From: Glycera tridactyla
Lineage: Eukaryota
Length of the DNA stretch: 64,000 nucleotides
Reading direction: 5' to 3'
NCBI GenBank assembly: GCA_965644265.1
Contig: OZ286475.1
Location: 66,650,001-66,714,000, forward strand
In this document: positions 26,300 through 38,929 of the stretch, piece after piece
Layout: each line of letters opens with the position of its first letter
How positions within the stretch are numbered: the stretch's first letter is position 1
The notes under the pieces: model-generated
The model's input: the letters and a program-made list of their open reading frames with translations, nothing else
Told to the model about the DNA's origin: nothing
The model's database searches: none
Program-made: the position numbers and the translations under genes

Positions 26300-27880
26300 A
26301 GGAATTTACTCAACGACCGTAGCCCAGCCGAATAGGTTTCGTATCTTCGCAATCTATACAGGAATCTGAAAAAAGGTGGAAGTTACCAATCGCCCGATAA
26401 ATTATTCCACACTGTTCAAAAGGAAAGTAAATTCAACATTTCCCTTGTTCAGGTACACAATTCTTTACCAAAGAGGTGCCCCGAAAGTTCAAAACCAATA
26501 CGATAGAAATGTTGTCCAGCTCCAGACTCTCAGAAGGTGATCTGGCTGATTTACACATGGACATGAAAGATAACAATATATTTCAGGAGTAATTGATACT
26601 TTTTCCAAAAAATTACGGGTTCAACTTTTGAAGACCAAGTCCGGGAAGGAAATAATCTCAGATTTAACAAATATTTTCCGAACTGATCATGGAAGTGAAG
26701 TTTCTAATCATCTCGTTTCTGAATTTATGGGAAAAGGAAACACAGGTCAGTCCTTTACTTCAAATTTGAGTCAGCCAGCATACGTAGAGAGAACATAGAA
26801 AAGTATGAAAAAATGGATGAGAAATTATATGCAAGATAAAAATAAGATAAGATACATTGATATCTTGAATGACCTTGTCAAAGGTTATAATTACACCCTA
26901 CACACAGCCATAGGGATGACTCCCAAAAAGGCTTTCCAAGCCAATCCTGTTCAGGTTGAATTCAACCTACTCAGAAATAAACAGAAGCGGAACAAAAAGG
27001 CAAGATTCAGTCCCTTCAAACACTATTGATGATAACCAAACCCCAGAATTCGAGCCTGATGTTGGTAAGTCTGACCCCTAGGACTCACTACATGATTATC
27101 CTGATCAATGAACATCAATGAACATCAATGAACATCAATGAACATTGATCCCAGTTTTCCTCCACATCTGCCACAAGTCAGGTATTGAAGTACATCCTGC
27201 AATCTCTCATTCACTCATTCACTCATGCAGTCCCTCTTCTCATTCACATCTCTACAACCACTTCAATGTTCCATCCTTTATTCTTCACTGAAACTAGCAA
27301 TATATTGATATGTTCTTGCACTTGTTCGTTCAACTTGTACATATGTTTTGTATTGGAGTATAGACACTTGATCCTGACTGTTAATTTGCAATATTTGCAT
27401 GTAGTACGACCTTTTTAGGTCACATGTCTTATGTTCAATAAAATATCTACTTACTTACCTACTTGCTAATAAATATCGCCACAAACTAGATGAGCAAAGA
27501 GCACAAGCTGAAAAAATGAAATTCAAGTTCCCTATAGGAACACCTGTGAGAATCAGTATAATTTCCCAGAAATTGGACAGCGAGTACACTGAAAGATGGA
27601 GTAAGGAGATATTCTACATTCACTCAAGACGTTTCAGAGAAAAGATTAAAGTATACAAATTTAAAGATGCGGAGGGTAAATATTATAGGAGCCTTCTTTG
27701 CTACTGAACTTCAAAAAGTGGCAGAACCCGAGGCTGATAAACTATACAAAATAGATAGAGTGACCAAATCACATACAGTGACAGGTCAACACAGGGGGGA
27801 AACAGAAGAATACCTTGTCAGCTTCATTGGATTCACAGCCAAATTCCATTAGTGGATACCCAAGTCAGATATCAAAAGCA
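26300..27880 (+). pseudogene. Polinton rve integrase with C-terminal chromodomain, interrupted
   Basis: VIDTFSK, TDHGSE, YVER, YNYTLHTAIGMTP, KFPIGTPVRIS, RWSKEIF, ELQKV, EYLVSFIGF...WIP. Confidence 0.88.
26990..27465 (+). mobile_element. Retroposed insertion in the integrase (boundaries approximate)
   Basis: Non-coding block ending AATAAAATATC plus (TACT)n; contains a (CAATGAACAT)x4 tandem. Confidence 0.55.
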
Positions 27881-27952
27881 TTGATATAAATACGGGGCCC
27901 TAATAGTAATAACAATAACACAAATTGATTCAGAGCATCAGTTCAATTCAAT

Positions 27953-28375
27953 ATGTCAGAATCGAATGAAGTTTCTTCCACTATATATGTTTCAAGTGAT
28001 GACTCAAAAACAACATACACATATAACAATGCATATCATTGCATAGTTGAATTGCCATATCAGTTATCATTTCCTGGAACTTGGTTTTGTGAGGTCCCAG
28101 GCCCAGGGGTAATTAGATATGTTGGGTATGCAATGCCATATTCTCTTGTATTCATGTACTGTATTTGACCATCTATAGCATACAATACAGAAGTTGGAGT
28201 ATGTGGGTTATATTTTTTGTATGACCTGAATCATCCATTATGATGGCCATAGAAGAAGGTGGCATCCAACTAGATAAACAACATATTTCAAGGTTTGTTA
28301 TTCGCCTCGTAACAGACACTTTGAGTAGTTGCAGTTTTGTAACTGATAAAACTGTGATAATTCTGAAGTTCACTT
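27953..28375 (+). pseudogene. Polinton minor capsid (penton)
   Basis: IYVSSDDSKTTYTYNNAYHCIVELP..LSFPGTWFCE at the N-terminus; ISRFVIRLV...FVTDKTVIILKF at the C-terminus; disrupted. Confidence 0.7.
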
Positions 28376-28585
28376 CGAAATCATGGCCTCCTGGTCGCAA
28401 GGGTAAGTAGGCCGATTCAAAAAACACTTCAATGCACAATCGGATGGATATATCCCATACTCGCCTGGCTTCACTGTAATTGGGAAAGTATCTGGTCGTC
28501 GACCTCCCTTCAACTCTTCAACCCAAGCTTCATCTGAGATTGTTTCCCTCCCAGCAATGGCAGCTGTTGAACAAGCATCAGACAT
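28370..28585 (-). CDS. Unknown small ORF with SDEAWVEELKGGR motif
   Basis: Peptide and codon-level similarity to ORF 24927-25202. Confidence 0.45.
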   Translation of the reverse strand: MSDACSTAAIAGRETISDEAWVEELKGGRRPDTFPITVKPGEYGIYPSDCALKCFLNRPTYPCDQEAMISK

Positions 28586-28695
28586 TGTTGGTGCTGGTAA
28601 TAGGAGAAGAAGAGACGCTGACGAAAACGAGAACGCCTAGGATCTTCGAAAGGAGTCACGAAAAAAGGGCGATCGAGTAAGGAGCCAGAGGAGAG

Positions 28696-31600
28696 TGGAA
28701 TGCAAGACGGCGGACGTCGGACGCGGCCGCGAGTGAGCTCTCAAAGAAGTCGAAGTTCTGAGGAGTTTCAAGGCCTACAGGAGGATTTTTCATGACAGCG
28801 CCGAGAGGATTTACTGTTGGGGAACCGAGGAGATGATGAGAAAGCAGGATAGAGAGGATCCCAGGATTTCTGCAGTAGTTGAACTGTTGCTGAGCAACTG
28901 TCAACAAAGATCTTCAGCACTGGAGGCTAGAAACGGATCTTCCTGTCTAGGACTTATACTAAATATAAACAACACAAGTCTACAAAAGAGTTGAGACCCC
29001 TCAACTTGGTGATATCTGCTTGAAATTGCACCTGGAAACCGGTGAGGACTTTGCTCTTTGATGTCCAGTAAAGTAGCGTAGATTAGTGAGTGTTTGAGAG
29101 GCAGAAAAAATGTCTAGGTGGCTTGAGAAGTACACAATATCACCGCAGAGCAATAAGAAAAAGGAGAGGACTGGTAAGACACGTAAAAGCTTGGGATCTA
29201 GCAGAAGGAAAGCGAAAGCAGCAGCTGAGGCTAAAGCAAATGATACAGCAAAGAGTGGGGCTGAGGACAGCTGGTCTTGGTTGTGTCAAGAGTGCCAGGT
29301 AAACTTTGATGATGAAAATGAGAGGATACATGAATGTAGTATGTGTAGGCTACACAAGAGAGGAAAGGGACCTTATAAGAGAGAAAGTAGCAGAGGCAGA
29401 GGCTTTGAGTGAACAAGAGACAACAAAAAACCGGATCTATCGGGTGAGAGGCCAGTCTGGGGAACTAAAAATTGTGGAGTTGGCAAGATCAAGACCAACT
29501 CAACAAAATTAATGGAGCCGTCGAGAAAGACGAAAACAAGTGCAAAGGCAACAAAGGGGAAGACCCACACAAAGACAAGTCAAAAAAACATTTAGGGTAT
29601 CAAGGTCTTTCACACAAATGCGGACTCACTGAGAAATAAGATAGACGAACTGAAAATGAGGGTGTTCCAGGAAAAACCGAAGATTATAGCTGTTGTTGAA
29701 GCGAAACCAAAAAACTGTAGGTACCCAAGGGACAGGTGTGAGCTGCAACTTAAGAACTTCACTCTCTATGACAATATTGAGGATGGAAGTCGGGGCATCT
29801 GCCTATACATACACAACAACTTAAATCCATCAACGTCAAGTAGAATCAAGGAAGATTTTGAGGAAGTGATCTGGGCAGAGGTGAAGACAGGAACAGGGGA
29901 TCTCATAATCGGATGTATCTATCGCAGCCCCAACAGTGATGCAATCAGCAACGTCAAACTGATCAGCATGTTACAATCAGTAGGACAAATTACAGGAGCA
30001 CAGGTACTTCTGATGGGTGATTTCAACTACCCCGAAATTGACTGGGAGAAGGAGGTTTGTGCAGCTGGACTGGAGCATCTGGCTAACACTTTGTTGGAGA
30101 GCACGCGAGATGCTTCCCTTACTAAACATGTTACTGAACCCACTCACTATCACATAGGTCAGAAATCAGACACACTTGATCTTGTTTTCAGTAGTAAAGA
30201 CGAGATGGTAGAGGATGTCACTGTAGATACCCCCTTGGCTGGTAGTGATCACTGTGTCATTTCCTTCGATATGAACATTAATTATGTGGTGCATTCTAGC
30301 AGTAAAATGAGCTATAATTACTACGAAAGAAACTATGACCAAATGAGATGTGACCTAGACCCGAACTGGGAAGTGCTCTTTCAGTCAAGATCAGTCGACG
30401 AGTGCTGGAAGATCATTGAGGACAAGATCCATGAAGCCAGAGAAAGAAACATCCCAAGGAAAGGAAGGAATAAAGAGGGGAGACCAATATGGATGAATGA
30501 CAGGGCCTTGGCCAAGATCAAGAAGAAACACAAGGCATGGAGGAGGTTCCTGGAGACTCAAGCTGATCAGAATTATCAGGAGTTTGCCAGGGCGAGAAAC
30601 CGGGCACGGTGGGAGAGTGGAAAGGCCGGGAAAGACTTCGAGCGGAAGATCGCCAAAGATATCAAGAGAAATCCCAAGGCTTTCTGGAACTATGTACGTC
30701 ACAACTGAAGTCTTGAGGGCAGATCCCAAACCTGGATAGAGTATCCGACAATGCCAGAACCACAAATGATCTGGAGGCAGCAAACGAGTTGAACGCCCAA
30801 TTTGGCAGGGTTTTCACTAAAGAGGATCTCTCAAGTATGCCCAATCTATCACCGAAACACTACGGGAGTCATCTAGAATTGCTGGTGATGGATATTGAGT
30901 GGGTGAGAAAGAAACTCGACAAGCTGAACCAAAATAAAAGTGAGGGCCCAGATGGTGTCCACCCAAAAATTCTGGTGAAAGCTAAGAGACAGCTAGCACT
31001 CCCTTTATGTATGCTCTTTCAGAAGACGATCGATGCAAGAGAGACACCCATGGAATGGAAGGAAGCAACCATAGCCCCAATTTTCAAGAAAGGCAACTAA
31101 CCATCCAACTACCGTCCAGTGGGTCTGACATCTGTCATTAGAGACGCGGTGGTAGAGCATATGTAATCAAACACGCTTTTCAGTTGTGACCAATATGGAT
31201 TTATGGGAGGAAGATCAACGGTGACGCAACTATTAGAATCACTAGAGGCATGGACAAGGATGTTGGATGAGGGTGACTTCCAAAAAGCTTTCGATTCAGT
31301 ACCACACCAGTGACTACTGAACAAGGTTCACAACTATGGTATCCAAGGAAGGCTACATCAGTGGATTTCAGATTTTCTTCAGGATTGCAGGCAAAAAGAG
31401 TGAGAGTCAACGATTCCTTTTCAGAATAAATAGATGTGAGGAGTGGTATCCCTCGAGGCAGTGTACTTGGTCCGCTGTTGTTCGTGATCTTCATCAACAA
31501 CCTACCAGAAGAAGTGGACTGTGGGATCAAAATCTACACGGACAACACAAAGATATTTGCCAGAACAAACTTCATGGATGACTGTGAGAAGTTCGTAAGC

Positions 31601-32477
31601 AACATAGACAACATCTACAACTGGTCCCAAAGGTGGCAACTGACATTCCACCCGGAGAAGTGCCACATATTGCATTTGGGCAGATTTGACAAGATGTTCC
31701 AATATACCATGTGGGGATGACCAAAACAAGACTGTTTTAGCTGATACCACAGTGGAGAAAGACCTTGGAGTGTACATGGACAATAAGCTCTTGTTTGATA
31801 GTCATTGTCAACAGGTAGCCACAGCAGCCAATAAGTTAGTGGGGAAAGTGAGACGTTCATTTGCCTACCTAGACAAAGCAAACTTTCTACTTATTTATAA
31901 AGGACTATTCAACCACGGCTGGAGTACGCAGCATCTGTTTGGAGCCCGATGAGAATCAAGGAGATCGAGACTCTTGAGAGTGCACAGCGAAGGGCAACAA
32001 AATTAGTGCCTGGTTTGTCTGACCTTGGCTACAAGGATAGGCCGAGAGCACTAGACTTACCCACTCTGGTCTTCAGGAGGCTGTGTGGGGATATGATTGA
32101 GACTTTCAAGTTCCTGCACGATATATATGATGTAAATCACAATGATATGTTACCACCAGGTGGGGGCAGAGAAACAAGAGGGCACCCATTGAAGTTGAAG
32201 AAGAGGAGAGCGAACAAAAGACTGAGAGCACATTTCTTCTCTCAGAGAGTAGTAAACCGGTGGAACATGCTCCCTGAGGATGTGGTCATATACAGCACCA
32301 AGGCTTGATTGTTTCAAGTCTCACCTTGATAAGCATTGGGAAAGTCATCCTCTTTGCTTTGAGTTTAAGGCCTCAGCGGACATATTTGAGTGATACAGTG
32401 ACTGACTCGCAACCTGGTGTATAGGACTTCACCTGAAACACCGTATCAGATACTACTACTACTACTACTACTACTAT
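28696..32477 (+). mobile_element. CR1 LINE with 5' UTR, truncated PHD-type ORF1 and decayed ORF2
   Basis: ORF1 WLCQECQ...ECSMC; APE (HTNADSLRNK, IYRSPN, GDFNYP, LDLVF, GSDH); RT (KAFDSVPH, PRGSVLGP, YTDN, EKDLGV); (TAC)n tail; flanks TAAGGAGCCAGAGGAGAG 28678-28695 and TAAGAAGCCAAAGGAGAG 32478-32495 (16/18 TSD). Confidence 0.93.
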
Positions 32478-32539
32478 TAAGAAGCCAAAGGAGAGAATGT
32501 CATCCAAATGAAAATGCCACAAAGAAGCAATTTTAACAT

Positions 32540-32795
32540 CATAGCGAGACTGTATGGCTGTGAAGTAAAAACGCAATACCAAACGAGGTGTGAATTTCAA
32601 CGGATGTCACGAGGCCGAGGCTTAGTGATATCTGGAGAAATTCACACCAAGTTTGGTATTGTTTTTTCACCTCACGCTTTTATCACATGGATTATAAGAG
32701 AAATCATCAAGGAGTAGTTTTCCCTCAGCTGTGAGGTATCTTACGCAACACTCAACACCTGATACTTCACTGAAAATGGCACATCCATGTGATAA
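32540..32795 (+). mobile_element. Non-autonomous hairpin element, family H1
   Basis: CATAGCGAGACTGTATGG start; GGATGTCACGAGGCCGAG centre; TTATCACATGGA...TCCATGTGATAA. Confidence 0.85.
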
Positions 32796-32916
32796 AGTAC
32801 ATTTACACTAACTGTGTCCTGAGGTATCATCAAATAATACGGAGATTGAAACATCATCAGCTGTAGTCGAAGATACTCCAGCAGGTGATGATACATCTTA
32901 TGGATATCCAGCTGAA

Positions 32917-33181
32917 TATAGCAAGAATATATGGCTGTGAAGTGAAAACGCAATACCGGACGAAGTGTGAATTTCGCCGGATGTCACGAAGGCCGAGTGA
33001 CATCCAGCTGAATACAAATCGAGTTTGGTATCACGTATTTACTTCACAGCCATATATGCTTGCTTTTATCACATGGATTAGGGGAGAAATTGTCAAAAAG
33101 TAGTCCTCACCCAGCTGTGAAGTAACATGCGCAATACTCAACACCTGATACTTCACTGAAAATGACACATTCATGTGATAA
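32917..33181 (+). mobile_element. Non-autonomous hairpin element, family H1
   Basis: TATAGCAAG start; GGATGTCACGAAGGCCGAGTGACATCC hairpin centre; CATGTGATAA end. Confidence 0.85.
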
Positions 33182-34092
33182 TTCACATTTATACCTTCAA
33201 CAGCAGATTGTGAACAGTTCAGGAACATCATATGCCTACAAGAGTATGTTAGATATCTTGCTAGAAAGTGACTGGAGTGATGTGGATGGTCACCTGATAG
33301 AAGATCTCTCTCAGGGAAAATGGACTTGACAGCGAAATTGGGAACCAATAAAAATGTTGGATTGTTTGAACGATCAAAATTTACAGAAGAATCCAAAGTA
33401 GTGAAACTTCTTCGAAAAAATCTGCATCTTGATTTTAAAAGACAAGATCGGTTACTACTCAATGCTGTGCAATTGACAATGAAGCTGACTCAGAACTCGG
33501 ACGAATTTAGGATCTTGCGTCTGGCCCCTGTAGTCAGTGCTGATGGTAATATCGCTGATCCTAAAAATTATAGAGTGGAGATCCTAAATGCCACCCTCAA
33601 AGTTCGAATGATAAACCCTTCACCAGGAATGCTATTGGGTCATAATACAGGACTAGCCAGTGGGCCAGCATTATATCCATTCGAAATAACAGAAATAGAG
33701 ACAGCAGCCATTCCTTCAGGAATGTTGGTGGCCACGTGACAACCTATTCTCGACAGCACAACCGAAACGATTGGTAGTAGACTTGGTTTCATCAGCTGCA
33801 TCTGACGGAGACAACCTGAAAAACCCGTTCAAGTTTGTTAGTTTCAACTTAAATTATTCATGCCTTACAGTTGATGGCTCTTGTGTACCTTCACAGGCAT
33901 TTCAACCAAATTATTCCAGGAACCACTACTTAAAAGCCTGCGATCCCTAGTGTCTGATATCCAGTCTTAGACAACTGATTCTGAACATACATCCATACCA
34001 TTTGTTGAAAATCTGGTGATTTTTCTCGCCCCTCTTGAAACCGGTGCATGATATCTGGAAATACATAATGGTGAATATTGATTATACTGACT

Positions 34093-36400
34093 GTTTGTTT
34101 GTTTGTTTGAAATGCTTTATTCAAAGTAAGCATGGACATAATACAATGTGGAAAACAGAGCATACAGTCATTTCACATGCTCACATGGACAAATCTAGTG
34201 TGAGAGGAAAACATGTTGGAGTTTGAACAAACTAAATATCACAACATCAAACACAGAACTACAAAATTATGGGAATCAAGGATGATAGAGCAAGATGGTA
34301 TTCAAATGAAGCACACAGGCTGGAGAGATGCGAAAACATTTGATCAAACAACAAACAGTGTTACGAATATTGGATCTAATGACAAACAAGAGGAAGGGTG
34401 TCCCGATTCAAAACAGATGACTATGGTTTTGAAGAAAGATCATGGAACATGAAAGAAAGTAATATCAGGCTTGATGGATAATAAGTTACATTAGATAATC
34501 ACACGTAGTGATACAGCAGATATGTCAGCCAGGTGATCGTTGCCAGTCAGGGTCCATACAGCATGCCTATCACGACAAGAGAAAACAAAACACTTGTTGC
34601 GTAGATATGAATAGATTCGTAGTTAGGTCAACTGACCTGTGATTGTTCATGACTATTGCTGGAGAACCATCTTATAGTGGGAACAATAACTTACATTGCC
34701 TCTTTAGCGATTCCAGTGTTGAACAGTTATGTATTGCCACCGGACAAGTATTCCAAAGTACCACTCCCCTTATTAAGGGGTTATTCCTGGCAAACTGTGT
34801 ACGTGTCCCCGGTATGTCTAGTGCATTGTTTTCAGTTTGCCGTGTCGATCTTGAAGAGACAGTGGCACGCGTCACAACCAAGTTGCGCACATGATCATTG
34901 CTAACGTTATTTACCAATTTGAATATTTCTCGTACAAGATGCCTGTTCCGCAGGGTAGAAAGGTAGGGAACTCGCAGTGTTTGATGGCATTCTGATGCGG
35001 AATATACGCCATTAAACTTGCGAACCACTTACAAACATCTGTTTTGGGCCATTTGTAGCTTGTGTTGGGCTCATGTTAACGTACCGCCATAGATGTGGTC
35101 ATTATAGCACAGTAGTGATTGTACTAAGGAATGATATATATAGTGCTCTCTCTTGGCTGATGTAGTGACGTATATGACGCAGGGCTGAGAGTTGGTGGTT
35201 TACTTTCCGTGTCAAGTAGTCTACATGCTTTTCAAACAACAAATTCTTGTCGAGAATCAGACCTAGATACTTATATTCAGTTACTCTCTTAATTCTCATG
35301 TCCCCATAAGCTATTTTCTGAGCTTCAAAACGTTGCATCTGCGGCCAAGTCCCAAAAAAAATGATGATTTCCCGATATTTAGTGATAGGCGCATGTACTT
35401 TAACCAGGATGCCAGGATGTCAAGGTCCATCTGGAGCTTCTTGATTAGCTTTCTCATGCTTTGCATTATTACAAATGGCGGTATCGTCCGCGTATAGGTA
35501 TGCATGCGAGTGAGATAGAACTCTAGGGATCTCGTTTACATAGATAGTGAATAATAGGGGCCCGAGAATTGACCCTGTGGTACGCCACAGCTGACTGAGT
35601 GTTTCTTGGAGATAACATTGTCAAACTTTGTGGATTGGGTGCGGTTGGCCAAGTATGATTCAAACCATGTCACTGCACTATATCGAAAACCAATTTCACG
35701 AAGCCTTTGGAGCATCATAGTGTGGTCAACCGTGTCGAATGCCTTCTTCAGATCCAGGAAGAGGATCCCAGTAGGACGCCCCTGATCAGCCTCCCTGAAG
35801 ATATTGTCCAGGAAGCTGGTCAGGCAAGTCCCAGTGGAGCCCCCTCCCTGAAACCGAATTGGGCATCCGACATATTTTGTAATCAGATAGATACTTGCAT
35901 ACCTGTCCGTGAACTAGTTTCTCCATGACTTTTCCCAGGACTGGCAGTATTGATATTGGTCTAAAGTTACTCACGCCAATATCGAGACCACCTTCATGGA
36001 TGATTGTTACAATGCCATCTTTCCAGTTAGTGGGGAAACTATTTTGTCGAATGGACAGGTTGCAGATATGAGTTATTGCAGCAACGATGCTGTCGGGGCC
36101 CATTTCAAGTAACTTGAGGCTATACCATCGCGGCCGGAGGATTCTGACTTCTTGAGACTATTTACTATTTTCCTAACTTCACCCGGGTCGACCTGCTCCA
36201 ACTCAAAAACTGGTGGTCTCAGTGGTGGGTTTGGGATTGGGTTGGGGGAAGCGGGTATCTTCTCAGCTAGCCTACTGCCGATGGTACTGAAGAAGTCATT
36301 TTATTACTCATTACTCCTAACCACAACCATACCCGTGCTCCTAGAGAGTTATTGTATTTTGTGTTTTTTCATTGTTGTTGACATTAGCATGGTCTACCCA
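34093..36400 (-). mobile_element. Decayed L2/Crack-type LINE
   Basis: NFRPISILPVLGKVMEK, GVPQG, YKYLGLILD; minus-strand AATAAA plus (CAAA)n tail at ~34093-34120. Confidence 0.88.
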
Positions 36401-37231
36401 CGTTAGCATACTGTGCCGCTATCCCTATATATATGTGGGAAATCATGTTCATATGGCGTGACCCGAAACATATGACTTGATCCAACTTGCAGTGAATTTG
36501 TGATTATAGCTCTGCTCATTGATCATATGCACCTGCAATATTTATTGTAAATAATAATGATCTGATGCTGATTTTTTTACTAACATGTCTGCGTAAGCAT
36601 CTAATACGACCAGTATTGGTCACGTGTAATTACTGTTCATCCTGTAAATACCTTACGCGATACACATATCTTTATCTGTATCTGTATTTTCTTGCACTCA
36701 ACCAGATTCAGCTGGTGAACCTTGAAAGTCAGCAATGCTTATGTGACAGGATTATCCCCAGGACATGCTATGTATTATTGGATTGAGTAAATTCATAAAG
36801 AATGCCCCGAGTGCCAGCACGAGGGACATCCTTGATTCATCATCCAAGAAATGAATAGAATAATGAATCAGCTTCAATTTGGTGTTTAGATTTGAATTTG
36901 ACCAGTGGTTGATGAGTTATAGAGATTTTTCTCAAGGGATCTTTGCCTTGACGCTATACGATTCGAACGCGCGATGCTGTCAGTTGACCCTTGAACTCGA
37001 TTGTTCTATAGCCAATCAGCGGTGGTGCAACGGTCACACAACATGCAATATAACCTCAAAAATTACTCGATCCATACGTACGTACACTCTGTGCAGCGAT
37101 TACATACATGCTACACTCGACATCGGATGATAATGAATTATCCATTACACTCACCCAAGCTGTGACATATATTCTATATGCAACATGTAATGCTTTGTTC
37201 CGAGTGGATGGGACAAGGAATGTAAGAGTAG

Positions 37232-38533
37232 ATGGGAATACAGTATCGCATTCTGGAGAACATGGACAGAATAAAGCAGTTCTCATGTACAGATATTTTC
37301 CTGGCTATCAACTCTTACTCTAATGAATTGAAATTTAAGCAGATGGAAGTTTGTGCAGAAATTGAACTTCCCCAAGTATATGAGGTAGAGGTGAAATTAA
37401 ATCATGACTTAGCGTTGATTTCTAACTTGTTTAAGAGTAGGAAGCTCACACTGAATCTCAAAAAATCGAATGTTATTCTATTTGGAACAGACCAGCGCCT
37501 CCGTAAATGTCGACGTCTTGTGGTCAAGTACAATGACCAAGCAGTACACCAAGTAGAAAGCTATAAATATCTGAGTATCCAATTGGACCCCACCCTGTCT
37601 TTCAAAAGCCATGTTGATTACTTAATACGAAAAGTGAATTTCAGAAGGCAAGCATTATATTACCTGCGCCCCTCAATCAGTAAGGATATGTCTCTCTTCT
37701 TGTATCAAAATCTCATAGACCCGCTCTACACATACCTAGATTTTGTTTATGATGCCTGTTCCATGTCTTTGAATAGGAGGCTCCAAGTCTCGCAAAATCG
37801 CTGTCTCAGTGTGGTATGTGAACAGGGTTGGAACTACTCTGCCAGCGATTTACACTCAGCTCTTGGTGTCGCCTACCTGAAGGACTCTCGACGCTGCAAT
37901 ACAATCATCGAGGCATTTCGTACCAGGCAAAATGTTAATGTGCCTACCTCAGACATATTCACCCCTGCAGTGCAGAGAACCGAAGGGCCGAGCACAAGGG
38001 CCAATAGTACGGTTAGGCAGAACAACTTATTGTCAATGCCTTTCAGCCATCTGCACTTCAGTGATGGTGATTTCCGCATTAGAGGCGCCAAGTACTGAAA
38101 CAATTCCAGTATAGAGGTTAGAGCATGTGACAGCCTGTCAGGAATCAAGCGTGTTCTAAAATCTCACGCTGCATGATGTCATCACTATCTGTGACACAAC
38201 TTACCTAAATATCTCTACTCTACTACGTGCATGTACACGTGAAATGTATTACCTTAGAGGGACGACCTGCTGAATCAAGTAGGTAGACATGACACTTTCC
38301 CTGTGCTCCTCTATCCACGATACAACGTATCTTGAATATACTCTGATTTATGTATCTTTATTGTTATACATGCTGAACCAATGTTTGATATTAATGTAAC
38401 TATTTTGCTTCTACTTCAACTTGCATTTTTGTACTGAGTTGCATAAGCACATAATATGACCCGTCAGGGTCGAGTGTAAATATTGTACTATATCTCTTAT
38501 GCAATAAAAGTTTTTCTGATTCTAATTTCTGAT
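37232..38533 (+). mobile_element. 5'-truncated L2/Crack-type LINE
   Basis: LTLNLKKSNVILFG, YKYLSIQLDPTLSF, FRIRGAKY; 3' UTR stem-loop and AATAAA plus (TCTGAT)-like tail. Confidence 0.85.
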
Positions 38534-38929
38534 GTACAGGGATGACCCTCACTCATTGTAATCAATTCTGACGCTAATTCTATGTCAGTCAATAATTACC
38601 GGGTCGGACATGACTTCAACACATTCATAAAGCATTTCTCATCAAGTTGTTCGAAAGCTGAATCAAGAATAATTGATATACCAGCATCAGTCCAGATGCT
38701 GCAATTATTACTCCTTGATATTTCAATGTTTCCACATAAGCGAAGTGTAAAGCGAGGTTGCTGGCCCAACATGGACATACATGTTTGAGTTAAGTCATGC
38801 AAATATGTGTGATCCTCAGGTAAACAAGAGCACTACTGCACACGATGGAGAATTTGCTCAATGATTGCTTCAATCAGTGTTTACTCAAATGAAATATCTT
38901 TCTGTATGCGCTATAGTACATAAAAAGGC

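Larger units (their letters stand above)
32497..34060 (+). pseudogene. Polinton major capsid protein, interrupted by two H1 elements
   Basis: YAYKSMLDILL, NVGLFERSKF, LHLDFKRQDRLLLNAV, YRVEILNATLKVR, ALYPF, PKRLVV, NPFKF, VDG, FQPNY; 5' boundary tentative. Confidence 0.88.
23758..34070 (+). mobile_element. Polinton/Maverick remnant interrupted by younger insertions
   Basis: Co-oriented packaging ATPase, small conserved ORFs, rve integrase-chromodomain, minor capsid and major capsid; no pPolB, protease or TIR recognised. Confidence 0.9.

Noticed and set aside
28173-28439. Weak TBP-like look of a minus-strand ORF (NFRI...LSSWMP)
   Set aside because: Lies antisense to the penton coding region and lacks the LIFxSG motifs; probably chance
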